From an uncultured Acidimicrobiaceae bacterium (GTDB lineage: Bacteria > Actinomycetota > Acidimicrobiia > Spongiisociales > UBA5794): 64,000 bases of DNA. This document shows positions 48,785 to 59,518 of the stretch, in pieces. Within the stretch, counting starts at the first letter, position 1. Each line of letters starts with the position of its first letter. The stretch spans positions 2,407 to 66,406 of the forward strand of contig CAYLVM010000003.1 in the NCBI GenBank assembly GCA_964387145.1, written 5' to 3'. The translations under genes were made by a program, and so were the position numbers. The notes below the pieces were generated by a model. That model saw only the letters and a program-made list of their open reading frames with translations, ran no database searches and was not told the origin of the DNA.

Positions 48785-50130
48785 CGTCGCGTCGAACTGA
48801 CCTCGGGTGGAGGCTCGCAGACATCGCCGGTCATCTCGGTGGGAACCTCGTCGGTGAGCCAGAGACCCCCGTCGCGTCGGTGACGATCGACAGCCGCAAC
48901 GTCGATGCGGACGCGCTGTTCGTCGCCATTGCGGGTGAGCACTTCGACGGTCACGACTTCGCAGCAGAGGCGATGGAGGCCGGTGCGGTTGCCGTCGTGG
49001 TGGGACGGGCCAGACACGTCGAGGTCGAACCACGAATCGAGGTCGATGACACGCTCGAAGCGCTCAGGTCCCTTGCCGTGCGACGCCGCGACGAGCTCGA
49101 GGTACCCGTCGTTGCCATCACCGGCTCAACAGGAAAGACGTCGACGAAGGACCTCATCGCTGCAGGTATTCCCGGTGCGTGGGCTTCACCTCGTTCGTAC
49201 AACAACGAGGTCGGCGTCCCCTTGACCGTGCTCGCCACGCCAATGGATGCCACCGCACTCATCGTTGAGGTGGGATCACGTGGCACGGGGCACATTGCAT
49301 GGTTGGCGTCGGCGATTCGACCGGACGTCGCGGTGGTGACGAACCTCGGTGTCGTGCATCTCGAGACGTTCGGTTCCCCCGCTGGCCTCGCGGATGCCAA
49401 GTTCGAGCTCATCGAATCACTTGGATCGACCGGTACCGCGATCATCCCTTCGGACGAGGAGCGCCTTGCCCGTCCGATACCGCAACACACTCTCACCTTC
49501 GGCCTAGCCCCTGCAGATGTCGAGGTGGCGAACGTGGGGGTCGACCCCGGCGGCGGCTCGCGGTTCACGCTCGACGTTGGTTCCCGATCCTTCGATGTGT
49601 CCCTTGCCATGGCAGGCAAACATCAGGCCTACAACGCTGCTGCAGCCGTGTCCGTCGCACACGCCCTCGAACTCCCGATCCGGGCGTTCATCGAACGTAT
49701 GAGCAGTGCGGTGGGATCGCTGTGGAGGATGGATGTCCACCGTGAGGGCCGCTACACGATCATCAACGATGCCTACAACGCCAACCCACAGTCGGTGGCC
49801 TCGGCACTCGAGACCGTCGCGCACATGCCGGGACGTTCTCTCGCGGTGCTCGGACCGATGGCAGAACTCGGGAGCGTGTGCGAGGAGGAACACCGAGCGA
49901 TGGGCCACCTCGCAGCATCGCTCGGCTTCCACCGGGTGATCGTCGTCGGTGCCGACCACGGATACGTCCTGGGAGCCCCCGGCATCGTCGAGCATGCAAC
50001 CGATATCACAGCAGCGATGGATACTCTCTCGGGCGTTCTCGAGTCTGGAGACGTCGTGGTGGTCAAGGCATCGCGTTCGGCGGGACTCGAACGTCTCGCC
50101 CTCTCCCTCATCAAGGAATCAAAACCGTGA
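48769..50130 (+). CDS. murF: UDP-N-acetylmuramoyl-tripeptide--D-alanyl-D-alanine ligase
   Basis: Mur ligase GSTGKTSTKD; start at ATG 48769 or at GTG 48781 (GTGA with the murE stop). Confidence 0.9.
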   Translation: MESTVTSRRTDLGWRLADIAGHLGGNLVGEPETPVASVTIDSRNVDADALFVAIAGEHFDGHDFAAEAMEAGAVAVVVGRARHVEVEPRIEVDDTLEALRSLAVRRRDELEVPVVAITGSTGKTSTKDLIAAGIPGAWASPRSYNNEVGVPLTVLATPMDATALIVEVGSRGTGHIAWLASAIRPDVAVVTNLGVVHLETFGSPAGLADAKFELIESLGSTGTAIIPSDEERLARPIPQHTLTFGLAPADVEVANVGVDPGGGSRFTLDVGSRSFDVSLAMAGKHQAYNAAAAVSVAHALELPIRAFIERMSSAVGSLWRMDVHREGRYTIINDAYNANPQSVASALETVAHMPGRSLAVLGPMAELGSVCEEEHRAMGHLAASLGFHRVIVVGADHGYVLGAPGIVEHATDITAAMDTLSGVLESGDVVVVKASRSAGLERLALSLIKESKP

Positions 50131-51185
50131 TCTCGCTGCTCCTGTCCTCTGCGCTGGCTTTCGTGCTCGTGATCTTTGCGACACCGGTGGTCATCAAGGC
50201 GCTTCGCCGGAGGAACATCGGGCAGTTCATTCAAGCTGAGGTCGAAGGTCACATGCACAAGCAGGGTGTCCCGACGATGGGCGGGATCGTGATCGTCGTC
50301 GGTGCGATGATCGGATACGTCATCGCCCATTTCAAGTTCTTCACCTTCGGTGCAGGGTTCGGCTTCTCATCCCAGGAGTTCGACGAGAAGGCCCTCCTCG
50401 CTCTCTTCGCCCTCGTCGGAATGGGTGTCATCGGGTTCTTCGACGACTTCGCGAAGTACGCGAAGAAGCGCAACGAAGGACTGTCGAAACGATGGAAGTT
50501 CGGTGGACAACTCCTCATCGCCGTCACGTTCGCCTGGGGTGCATCACGTACCGGCGTCAGTCACCAGCTGTCGTTCGCTCGACCGTTCGGGATCGATCTC
50601 GGTCCCGTCCTGTTCTTCGTCCTCGTGTTGTTCATGCTCACCGCAACGGCGAACGCGGTGAACCTCACCGACGGCCTCGACGGTCTCGTTGCAGGCTCTG
50701 CAGCCCTCGTCTTCGGCGCCTATGTGCTGATCGCGTTCTGGCAGTCGCGCAACCCGACCTTCTACCAGGTCGATGGAGCACTCGACCTCGCCGTATTCGC
50801 AGCGGCAGTTCTGGGAGCTGCGCTCGCCTTCCTGTGGTGGAACGCCGCCCCGGCCAAGATCATCATGGGTGATACCGGGTCGCACGCCATCGGTGGAGCG
50901 ATGGCGGCGCTCGCGCTTCTCACGAACACCCAACTCTTACTCATCATCCTTGGGGGGCTCTACGTGATGGAGACTGTGTCGGTGATCCTCCAGGTGATCT
51001 CTTTCCGTGGCTTCGGCAAGAGGATCTTCCGCATGGCACCGATCCATCACCACTTCGAGCTCAAGGGGTGGCCGGAGACGACGGTGATCATCCGGTTCTG
51101 GATCCTGTCGGGGATCATGGTCGCTTTCGGGATCGGGCTGTTCTACGCGGATTGGGTTTCGGGTCCAGGATCGATCAGCCCGTGA
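50127..51185 (+). CDS. mraY: phospho-N-acetylmuramoyl-pentapeptide transferase
   Basis: GTG start overlapping the murF stop; MraY motifs (NAVNLTDGLDG, MGDTGS). Confidence 0.9.
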   Translation: MISLLLSSALAFVLVIFATPVVIKALRRRNIGQFIQAEVEGHMHKQGVPTMGGIVIVVGAMIGYVIAHFKFFTFGAGFGFSSQEFDEKALLALFALVGMGVIGFFDDFAKYAKKRNEGLSKRWKFGGQLLIAVTFAWGASRTGVSHQLSFARPFGIDLGPVLFFVLVLFMLTATANAVNLTDGLDGLVAGSAALVFGAYVLIAFWQSRNPTFYQVDGALDLAVFAAAVLGAALAFLWWNAAPAKIIMGDTGSHAIGGAMAALALLTNTQLLLIILGGLYVMETVSVILQVISFRGFGKRIFRMAPIHHHFELKGWPETTVIIRFWILSGIMVAFGIGLFYADWVSGPGSISP

Positions 51186-52462
51186 GATACCTCTTCGTCG
51201 GTGCAAGCCTGCGCGGCATCCTGGACGCAGCGAGAACGGCCGCCGTCGAGGGTGCAGAGGTGCTGCTGTTCGACGAGGAACGAACCATCGACGTGAGCGG
51301 TCTTGCGGGCGACGTGAGCGCACTCGCATCGACGTGGTCGACCGCGTACCTCGACGGGGTCGACCGGGTCGTGACGAGTCCCTGGTTCCCCGAGACACGA
51401 CCACCGCTGAGCGACGCGATCGAACGCGACATCCCGATCGCCACTGAAGCGGGCTTCGGACTCGAGCGGATCACGACGACGTACCTCGCTGTAACGGGTA
51501 CGAACGGCAAGACGACGGTCACGGAGGTAGCGACCGAGATGCTCGTAGCGTCTGGCATCGATGCCCTGGCGTGTGGGAACATCGGTACGGCCGTGTCCTC
51601 CCTGTCAGACGACGACGCCGACGTGCTCGTGATGGAGTTGTCGTCCTATCAGCTTCGCTTCATGGATCACCTTGCTCCAACGGCCGGTGCCCTGCTCAAC
51701 ATCTCCCCGGATCATCTCGACTGGCACGGGTCGTTCGAGCGGTACGTGGCGGCAAAAGCGATGCTCGTCGCTGCGATGTCACCCGATGCCGTTCTGGCCT
51801 ACAACGCTGACGACCCGATCGTGCTCGATGTGATCGAGGATGCGCGTTGTCGGCTGGTTCCGTGCTCGGGCGTTCGCCTTCCCGACGGGGGGAACGGTGT
51901 CGTCGACGGCACGATCGTCGTTGCAGGTCACCGCTTCGCACCGACGGTGACGGACCCGAGCTTTCTCTTCGACCTGGTGGTCGCCGCAACGATCGCGTTG
52001 GAAGCTGGGGCGAGCGCCGACGGGGTGTCCCGCGTGATCTCGCAGTTCACGACAGGGGAACATCGGCGCCGTGTGGTCGATATCGTCGATGGTGTCACAT
52101 GGGTCGACGACTCGAAGGCGACGAACCCACACGCTGCGGTCGCTGCAGCCCAGGCGTTCGACAGCGTGATACTGCTTGCCGGAGGCAGGAACAAGGATCT
52201 CGACCTCAGCCCGTTGACCCGGGTTCGCGGGGTGCACACTCTCATCGCTTTCGGGGAAGCCGCCGGCGAGATCGCCGAGGCGGCACGCCGGGACGTCATC
52301 ACAACGTCCACGATGGCCGAAGCTGTCGCGAAAGCCAGAGAGATCGCGGTGCAAGGCGATACCGTGTTGTTGTCACCAGGGTGTGCGAGCTTCGATGAGT
52401 TCGCATCGTACGCCGAACGCGGCGAGGTGTTTGCACGCCTGGTGTACGAGAACGAGGAGTAG
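51182..52462 (+). CDS. murD: UDP-N-acetylmuramoylalanine--D-glutamate ligase
   Basis: GTG start overlapping the mraY stop; GTNGKTT. Confidence 0.9.
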   Translation: MRYLFVGASLRGILDAARTAAVEGAEVLLFDEERTIDVSGLAGDVSALASTWSTAYLDGVDRVVTSPWFPETRPPLSDAIERDIPIATEAGFGLERITTTYLAVTGTNGKTTVTEVATEMLVASGIDALACGNIGTAVSSLSDDDADVLVMELSSYQLRFMDHLAPTAGALLNISPDHLDWHGSFERYVAAKAMLVAAMSPDAVLAYNADDPIVLDVIEDARCRLVPCSGVRLPDGGNGVVDGTIVVAGHRFAPTVTDPSFLFDLVVAATIALEAGASADGVSRVISQFTTGEHRRRVVDIVDGVTWVDDSKATNPHAAVAAAQAFDSVILLAGGRNKDLDLSPLTRVRGVHTLIAFGEAAGEIAEAARRDVITTSTMAEAVAKAREIAVQGDTVLLSPGCASFDEFASYAERGEVFARLVYENEE

Positions 52463-52465
52463 ACC

Positions 52466-53629
52466 ATGACAGACACTGCCGAGAGAAAGCGAACGCCGGT
52501 ACATCCGCGTACGCGTGCTCGCGCGCACTCTGCGGGCGGACGCCGGGCTGGACTCCTGCTCGTCGTTGTTGCCATGCTGCTCGTCATCGGGCTCGGAGCG
52601 ATGCTGTCCGCGTCGTCTGTCATCTCGATCTCGGCGAACAGTGACCAGTTCCGCCTGTTCACGAAACAGGTGATGTGGGTCGGACTCGGGCTCAGTGCCC
52701 TCGTCGTTGCCGCGTTCATCCCTCACTCGGTGTGGCGGCGTTTCGCGTTGCCCCTGTACCTCGCTGTGGTCGTCGGACTGATCGTCACGATCATGATCGG
52801 TGACGAACGCGGAGGAGCAGCGCGCTGGATCGAAGTCGGGCCGATCACCATCCAGGTAGCCGAGTTCGCGAAGTTCGCTACGCTCGCCCTCCTCGCGACG
52901 GTACTGACGAAGAAGCGTGATCTGCTGAACAACCTGTGGCACGTCGTCATCCCCGTGGCAGCGATACTCGGCACCGTGTCGGTGCTTCTCCTTGCTCAAC
53001 CGGACTACGGCAACGTGCTGCTCATCGTCGTCCCCGCGTTCATCGTCCTTGCAGTATCGGCCGTCCCCCTGAGGTTCGTTTTCGGCCTCGGGGCGCTTGG
53101 CAGTCTCGCCATGGTTGCAGCAGCCATGTCCGCGGACTACCGAAAGGATCGATTGCTCAGCTTCCTCGATCCGTTCGCCTCGGCGCAGGGCACAGGGTTG
53201 CAGGCAGTCCAGAGCATGGTGGCCCTGGGAACCGGCGGGTTCTTCGGCGTGGGGCTCGGTCAGAGCCGGGCCCGGTGGTCGTGGCTACCGAACGCCCACA
53301 CCGACTTCATCTTCGCCATCATCGGTGAGGAGACGGGGTTCGCCGGTGCGATCATCGTGGTGACACTGTTCGCCATCCTCGCCGCGGTCGGGGTGTCCAT
53401 CGCGTTTCGCGCCCCGGACGTCTTCGGCAGGCTTCTTGCGATCGGGATCGTCGCTTGGCTCAGTATCCAGGCCCTCGTCAACATCGGAGGTGTCGTTGCC
53501 GTGCTTCCGATCACCGGTGTACCGCTCCCGTTCATCTCGAGTGGCGGAAACGCCATGCTCGTCAACCTGTTCGCGATAGGAGTACTCCTCAGCATTGCTC
53601 GAGCGAACGAGTCGGGTGCGAAAGAGTGA
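52466..53629 (+). CDS. ftsW: peptidoglycan glycosyltransferase FtsW (SEDS family)
   Basis: 10-TM SEDS protein located between murD and murG. Confidence 0.9.
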   Translation: MTDTAERKRTPVHPRTRARAHSAGGRRAGLLLVVVAMLLVIGLGAMLSASSVISISANSDQFRLFTKQVMWVGLGLSALVVAAFIPHSVWRRFALPLYLAVVVGLIVTIMIGDERGGAARWIEVGPITIQVAEFAKFATLALLATVLTKKRDLLNNLWHVVIPVAAILGTVSVLLLAQPDYGNVLLIVVPAFIVLAVSAVPLRFVFGLGALGSLAMVAAAMSADYRKDRLLSFLDPFASAQGTGLQAVQSMVALGTGGFFGVGLGQSRARWSWLPNAHTDFIFAIIGEETGFAGAIIVVTLFAILAAVGVSIAFRAPDVFGRLLAIGIVAWLSIQALVNIGGVVAVLPITGVPLPFISSGGNAMLVNLFAIGVLLSIARANESGAKE

Positions 53630-54705
53630 GCGTCGGCATCGCGGCCGCCGGATCCGGGGGGCACGTCTACCCTGCACTCGCCGTCGCCGATGAGATCGTC
53701 TCACGCGGGACCGCACGCGATGATGTCATCTTCTTCGGCGGAGATCGCATGGAGGCCACGGTGGTCCCCGAAGCGGGGTACCCGTTCGTGAGCGTCGACA
53801 TCCATGGGATCCGCCGATCGATGTCGATCGACAACCTGAAACTCCCGTTCAAGGTCAGGACCGCCCGGGACATCATCGCGGAGTCGATCGTGGCACGCGG
53901 TGTTCGCTCGATGGTCATCTTCGGTGGTTACGTGTCGGGACCTGCGGCACTCGCAGCGAGGAAGACCGGCATCCCGCTCATCATCCACGAGGCGAACGCT
54001 GTTCCTGGCGTAGCGAACCGTCTCGCCGCTCGGGGCGCAGACACGGTGTTCGTGGCGTTCGAGCCCGCCCTTGCCAAGCTCCCCGGTGCAGCCGTCATCG
54101 GGAGCCCACTGCGCAGTGCCTTCAACACGTTCGATCGAGACGCGTTGCGCGGCTCGGCCCGGGAACACTATGGCCTCGACTCGGATGCGACCGTGCTCGG
54201 AGTCATCGGGGGGAGTCTCGGTGCGAGTGCCCTCAACGAGATCGCCCATCGTCTCGCGTCCTCGTCCGACCGCTCCTTCGAGATACTCCACATCACCGGC
54301 CCGACCCACGAGGAACTCGTCGGCGCCCAGGCTCTCGGAGTCGAGGGATGGGTGGTGCGAGGCTACGAGAACGACATGCCCCGGTTGTACGCAGCTGCCG
54401 ACCTCGTCCTGTCCCGCGGCGGCGCGCTCACTGTTGCCGAGCTGCACGCCACGCGCACGCCGGCGGTGATCATCCCACTGCCCGCAGGCGGTGGCTATCA
54501 AGGCATCAACGCCACGGACGTCGTCGGTCTCGGCGGTGCGTTCGTGATCGATCAAGAGCGTGCCGATGAGATCATTTCCACGGTGCTGTCGCTCCTTGGG
54601 GACCGCGGCCGGTTGAGCGAGATGCGTGCAAGGCTCGAGAACGCGCCGCATCTGACGGCTGCCAGTCGCGTTGCAGATCGCGTGTTGGAGGTCCAGGGTG
54701 CTTGA
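53626..54705 (+). CDS. murG: undecaprenyldiphospho-muramoylpentapeptide beta-N-acetylglucosaminyltransferase
   Basis: GTG start overlapping the ftsW stop; GGSGGHVYPALAVA N-terminus. Confidence 0.9.
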   Translation: MSVGIAAAGSGGHVYPALAVADEIVSRGTARDDVIFFGGDRMEATVVPEAGYPFVSVDIHGIRRSMSIDNLKLPFKVRTARDIIAESIVARGVRSMVIFGGYVSGPAALAARKTGIPLIIHEANAVPGVANRLAARGADTVFVAFEPALAKLPGAAVIGSPLRSAFNTFDRDALRGSAREHYGLDSDATVLGVIGGSLGASALNEIAHRLASSSDRSFEILHITGPTHEELVGAQALGVEGWVVRGYENDMPRLYAAADLVLSRGGALTVAELHATRTPAVIIPLPAGGGYQGINATDVVGLGGAFVIDQERADEIISTVLSLLGDRGRLSEMRARLENAPHLTAASRVADRVLEVQGA

Positions 54706-56065
54706 CGACAGGAACATCCCGCACAGAGTCCACATCGTTGGAGCCGGAGGCGCCGGAATGTCGGGGCTGGCGAAGCTGCTCAGTCAGCTCGGGCACGATG
54801 TGTCCGGGTCCGACATGAAGCCCGGCTACATGCTCGACACGCTGCGCGATGTCGACGTCGACATCTGGGTCGGGCACCGGCCCGATCGGATCGAGGGTGT
54901 CGACCTCGTCATAGCGTCGTCTGCGGTGCCAGATTCGGATCCAGAGCTCCGTGCTGCGAGAACCTCCGGGATCGACGTATGGCGGCGCCCCGCGCTGCTG
55001 AGCGCCCTGTCGAGCCGTCAGACCACGATCGGGTTCGCCGGTACCCATGGGAAGACGACCTCGACAGCTCTTGCGGTAACGGCGATGCGCGGGTCAGGCA
55101 AGGATCCGACGTTCCTCGTGGGAGGAGAGATGGTCGGGATGAACACCGGTGCTTCTCTCGGATCAGAGGATCTCTTCCTGCTCGAGGCCGACGAAGCGTT
55201 CGGAACCTTCAGGCATCTCGACCTCGATGCGATTCTCGTCACCAACATCGAGTCCGACCATCTCGACCACTACGGAACGGTCGCCGCACTCGAGGACGCC
55301 TTTGCCCAGGTAGCCGACCGCGTACCGGGTCCAACGATCGGATGTATCGACGACGCCGGGGTTCGCAGGCTCGCACAGCGGACGCCGATCATCACGTACG
55401 GTTTCTCCCAGGACGCTGTTTGGCGTATCACCGGACTCGACCACATCGACGGCGGCGTGACGTTCACGCTGATGGGACCGGGCGGAGCAACGCCTGTGAC
55501 ACTTCCAAAACCGGGTGAACACCTGGCAGCCAACGCGGCCGGGGTGCTGGCACTCCTCGCAGAACTCGGCGTCGATCTCGACACGGCTGCGGCCGCTCTT
55601 CGTGGGTTCAGCGGTGTGCGACGACGCTATGAGATCAAGGCCAAGGTCCGTGACGTCACGATCGTCGACGACTACGCCCACCATCCAACAGAGGTAGCTG
55701 CAACGATCGCCGCCGCGTCGGTTGGCTCCCAGGGTCGGGTCATCGTCGTGTTCCAACCGCACCGGTACACGAGGACGGCTGACCTTGCCCCCGACTTCGG
55801 TGCCCCCCTCGCCCTCGCCGACGCCGTCATCGTGACCGACATCTATGCGGCAGGTGAGCAGCCGATCATCGGAGTCAGCGGCCGACTCGTCGTTCAGGCG
55901 ACAGATGCTGCAGGAGGTGAGGTTCAGTTCGTGCCGAGGATCACCGATGTCGCAGCTGTCGTTTCCGACCTTGTGGAGCCGGGTGACACAGTTTTGCTCC
56001 TCGGAGCAGGGGACATCACATCGATCGCCAGAGAGGTCGCGCTCGCCATCGAGGCACAGCGATGA
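54698..56065 (+). CDS. murC: UDP-N-acetylmuramate--L-alanine ligase
   Basis: GTG start; HIVGAGGAGMSGLA, GTHGKTT. Confidence 0.9.
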   Translation: MLDDRNIPHRVHIVGAGGAGMSGLAKLLSQLGHDVSGSDMKPGYMLDTLRDVDVDIWVGHRPDRIEGVDLVIASSAVPDSDPELRAARTSGIDVWRRPALLSALSSRQTTIGFAGTHGKTTSTALAVTAMRGSGKDPTFLVGGEMVGMNTGASLGSEDLFLLEADEAFGTFRHLDLDAILVTNIESDHLDHYGTVAALEDAFAQVADRVPGPTIGCIDDAGVRRLAQRTPIITYGFSQDAVWRITGLDHIDGGVTFTLMGPGGATPVTLPKPGEHLAANAAGVLALLAELGVDLDTAAAALRGFSGVRRRYEIKAKVRDVTIVDDYAHHPTEVAATIAAASVGSQGRVIVVFQPHRYTRTADLAPDFGAPLALADAVIVTDIYAAGEQPIIGVSGRLVVQATDAAGGEVQFVPRITDVAAVVSDLVEPGDTVLLLGAGDITSIAREVALAIEAQR

Positions 56066-56961
56066 TCGATCACCCGAGCGTGCGGGACAACGTTCAGCTC
56101 GCACCGTTCACGACGTACAAGGTCGGTGGCACCGCACGTTTCTTCGCCGAGCCTGGGGATCTTGGTGAACTGCGCGAGGTGCTCTCGCTCGCACCTCCCG
56201 ATACCAGCGTCGTCGTACTCGGGAGGGGAAGTAACGTCGTGGTCTCCGAGAGGGGCATCGACGGCCTCGTCATCAAGCTCGGTCGATCGTTTCAAGCGGT
56301 GTCTGTCGGAGACGATGGAGACGTGACGGCGGGCGGAGGGGCTGCGCTTCCAAAGGTCGCGCGCCTCGCTGCCAGTTGGGGACGCGGGGGACTTGGCTTC
56401 TTCGTCGGTATCCCTGGAAGTGTCGGGGGAGCCGTTCGCATGAACGCAGGGGGTCACGGTTCCGATACCGCTCATGTGATGCGCCACGCGCTGATCCTGG
56501 ACGCAACGACACGGCAGTTGACGCGCTCGACACCCCGGGACCTCGAGCTGGGCTATCGGTGTTCGAACCTCGTCGATCCAGACATCGTCGTCCAGGCGAC
56601 GTTCGCGACCACGGAGGCAGACGCCGACGTCCTCGAAGACGAGATTCGCGAGATCACGCGATGGCGAAAGGCGAACCAGCCCGGTGGAACCCTCAACGCC
56701 GGAAGCGTGTTCAAGAACCCTGATGGTGACTTCGCCGGGGCGATCATCGAACGTGTCGGGCTGAAGGGGAAGCGTTTCGGGCCGGTTCGTGTATCGCCCG
56801 TCCACGCGAACTTCCTCGTTGCCAGCGGCGACGCCACAGCCGACGATATCTTCTCCTTCGTGGAGCGCATCAGAGCCATCGTTCGCGAGAGGGCCGGCAT
56901 CGATCTCGAACCGGAGATCAAGTTTCTCGGTGAGTTCGCCGGAGAAGGGGAGGCATCGTGA
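56062..56961 (+). CDS. murB: UDP-N-acetylenolpyruvoylglucosamine reductase
   Basis: FAD-binding PCMH-type domain (LAPFTTYKVGG...VVLGRGSN); ATGA overlap with murC. Confidence 0.85.
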   Translation: MIDHPSVRDNVQLAPFTTYKVGGTARFFAEPGDLGELREVLSLAPPDTSVVVLGRGSNVVVSERGIDGLVIKLGRSFQAVSVGDDGDVTAGGGAALPKVARLAASWGRGGLGFFVGIPGSVGGAVRMNAGGHGSDTAHVMRHALILDATTRQLTRSTPRDLELGYRCSNLVDPDIVVQATFATTEADADVLEDEIREITRWRKANQPGGTLNAGSVFKNPDGDFAGAIIERVGLKGKRFGPVRVSPVHANFLVASGDATADDIFSFVERIRAIVRERAGIDLEPEIKFLGEFAGEGEAS

Positions 56962-57728
56962 CCACGATGGAGCCCCGTGTTGCCGAGCGCCGCCGAAGCG
57001 TATCTGAGGATCGGGCCCGTCGTAGGCTGCGGTGGATTCTGCTTGCCATCGTGCTGGTAGCGGTCACCGCGTTCGGTTTCTGGCTGATCCGCAGCCCGCT
57101 TCTTTCGATCTCGACCGTCGAGATCACCGGGGCAGAACGCTCTGACCCCGGCGCAGTCCTCAACGCTCTCGGAGTCGGTGTGGGAACACCGACGATCGAC
57201 GTGCGAGCCTCAACCATCGAGAGAGCAGTTGCGGCAGATTCGTGGGTGGCGTCTGTCGATGTCGCACTGGCGTGGCCGGGCTCGATCGTCATCACGGTCA
57301 CCGAGCACGTCCCCGTGGCACCAGTGCGCTCTGGAGACACGTGGGTGCTGGTGTCTGAGGAGGCAACGGTTCTCGAGGAAGTGGTGGGAGTCTCGCCGGA
57401 CAGCGCGATCGTCGACATCGACGTGGGAAGCGTCGTCCCCGGATCCTCGATAGACGACCCGTTCGTCGCCGGTTCGATGGTGTTCATCGCTGCCCTCCGT
57501 CCCGATCTGAGAGCGGGGACCGTGCTCGTGCGCGACGGAGATGGGTTGTTCGCCGTGGTCGCAGGACACAGGGTTCGCCTCGGGCGTCCGGTCGACCTCG
57601 AGGCGAAGGCGACGGTACTCGGGACCCTCATCGACAGCGGTCTGGCAGAGGGCGTCTCCATCGACCTGATCGCACCGCTACGTCCCGCTGTCACCAACCC
57701 TCAACCTCAGCTAGAGGGTGAGCAATAA
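56958..57728 (+). CDS. ftsQ: cell division protein FtsQ/DivIB
   Basis: TM anchor plus POTRA domain; GTGA overlap with murB. Confidence 0.8.
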   Translation: MTTMEPRVAERRRSVSEDRARRRLRWILLAIVLVAVTAFGFWLIRSPLLSISTVEITGAERSDPGAVLNALGVGVGTPTIDVRASTIERAVAADSWVASVDVALAWPGSIVITVTEHVPVAPVRSGDTWVLVSEEATVLEEVVGVSPDSAIVDIDVGSVVPGSSIDDPFVAGSMVFIAALRPDLRAGTVLVRDGDGLFAVVAGHRVRLGRPVDLEAKATVLGTLIDSGLAEGVSIDLIAPLRPAVTNPQPQLEGEQ

Positions 57729-57785
57729 GCGCCCCGGATACCTCGACCTGGCGACTAAGGTTGCGATGAACCTTCCTGGGGAGGG

Positions 57786-58892
57786 ATGGAGAAGATGACA
57801 GATTCGAGCAGACCGCCGAACACGTATCTCGCGGTGATCAAGGTCGTCGGTGTCGGTGGCGGCGGTGTAAACGCCGTGAACCGCATGATCGAAGAGGGCG
57901 TCGGCGGTGTCGAGTTCATCGCGATCAACACGGACGCCCAGGCACTCTTGATGTCCGACGCAGATGTGAAACTCGACATCGGACGCGAATCGACCCGCGG
58001 CCTCGGTGCTGGAGCCAACCCCGAGATCGGCCGGGGGGCTGCAGAAGATCACCGTGACGAGATCGAAGATGCCCTCGAGGGCGCAGACATGGTGTTCATC
58101 ACCGCGGGGGAAGGTGGGGGCACCGGGACCGGTGGCGCACCCGTTGTTGCTGAGGTCGCACGATCGATCGGCGCATTGACTGTCGGAGTGGTGACGCGCC
58201 CGTTCGGGTTCGAAGGGCGCCGTCGAAGTGTTCAAGCCGAACAGGGCATCCAGGGACTCAAAGCTGCGGTCGATACGTTGATCATCATCCCCAACGAGCG
58301 GCTCCTCGAGATCGCAGACCCGAACACACCCATCACGGATGCTTTCCGCATGGCCGATGAGGTGCTGACGTCGGGTGTCAAAGGGATCACCGAGCTCATC
58401 ACGACCCCGGGTCTGATCAACGTCGACTTCGCCGATGTCCAGGCGGTGATGTCGGACGCAGGCTCTGCTGTGATGGGCATCGGTGTCTCGACCGGGGACT
58501 CACGCTCACAGCAGGCGGCCGAGAAGGCGATCTCGAGTCCCCTCCTCGAGACCTCGATGGAGGGGGCACGCGGCGTGCTGTTGTCCATTGCAGGCCCACG
58601 AGACATGACGCTGCACGAGGTCAACACGGCAGCGACTCTCATCTCGGACCACTCGGATGCCGACGCGAACATCATCTTCGGTGCAGTGATCGACGACACG
58701 CTCGGCGACGAGATGCGGGTAACCGTCATCGCTGCCGGTTTCGACCATGATCGGAGAGGCTCGTTTTCGCCGACGACCCCGAGTTCGACACCGCGTTCGC
58801 GGCCTTCCATCTTGAGGGATGATGACGCTCCGATGTCGGGTGACGACCGTGGAACGGACGAGATGGACATCCCAGGATTCGTCCAGGGATGA
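57786..58892 (+). CDS. ftsZ: cell division GTPase FtsZ
   Basis: [10 protein letters not shown] and [10 protein letters not shown] tubulin signature. Confidence 0.95.
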   Translation: MEKMTDSSRPPNTYLAVIKVVGVGGGGVNAVNRMIEEGVGGVEFIAINTDAQALLMSDADVKLDIGRESTRGLGAGANPEIGRGAAEDHRDEIEDALEGADMVFITAGEGGGTGTGGAPVVAEVARSIGALTVGVVTRPFGFEGRRRSVQAEQGIQGLKAAVDTLIIIPNERLLEIADPNTPITDAFRMADEVLTSGVKGITELITTPGLINVDFADVQAVMSDAGSAVMGIGVSTGDSRSQQAAEKAISSPLLETSMEGARGVLLSIAGPRDMTLHEVNTAATLISDHSDADANIIFGAVIDDTLGDEMRVTVIAAGFDHDRRGSFSPTTPSSTPRSRPSILRDDDAPMSGDDRGTDEMDIPGFVQG

Positions 58893-59518
58893 TCCTACCT
58901 CCCGGTATCGGGGGGGTTGTCTTCGGTACGAGAGCCCTCGGGGATGGGCGTCGCGACGAAGCTGCACGTTCGGCAATCTCCGCAGAACTCGGTATCTCAC
59001 AGGATTGGGCGACGATCGACCAGGTCCACGGGACACGCGTGGTGCAAGCATCAGAAGCCGGCCTCTACGGTGAGGCAGACGCTCTCGTCACTGCGGCGAT
59101 CGGACTGCCGATCGCTATCGCCACAGCAGACTGCGTACCCGTCGTCCTGCTCGGCGAGGTGACACGCGCTGTTGCACACGCAGGATGGAGAGGAGTTGCC
59201 CGAGGAGTCGTCCCGGCTACGATCGACCGGATGCATGCTCTCGGGGACACACCGACCGTAGCGATCCTCGGTCCCCATATCGGATCGTGCTGCTACGAGG
59301 TTGGCCCAGAGGTGATCGAAGCTGTGGGAGGGTTCCCATCCCAGACGAGATCTGGAACGTTGAGTGTGGAACTCTCTGGCGCGATCCGATCGCAGCTCGG
59401 CGATGTCGACGTGATCGATATCGGCTGCTGTACCCACGACGACCCATCGATGGCGTCGTATCGTGAAGATGGAACGTCGGAAAGGCAGGTGACGATCGTA
59501 TGGATTCCCCAGGGCTGA
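58889..59518 (+). CDS. pgeF: peptidoglycan editing factor PgeF (YfiH/DUF152 laccase-domain family)
   Basis: ADCVPV, HAGWRG, CCYEV motifs; ATGA overlap with ftsZ. Confidence 0.8.
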   Translation: MILPPGIGGVVFGTRALGDGRRDEAARSAISAELGISQDWATIDQVHGTRVVQASEAGLYGEADALVTAAIGLPIAIATADCVPVVLLGEVTRAVAHAGWRGVARGVVPATIDRMHALGDTPTVAILGPHIGSCCYEVGPEVIEAVGGFPSQTRSGTLSVELSGAIRSQLGDVDVIDIGCCTHDDPSMASYREDGTSERQVTIVWIPQG

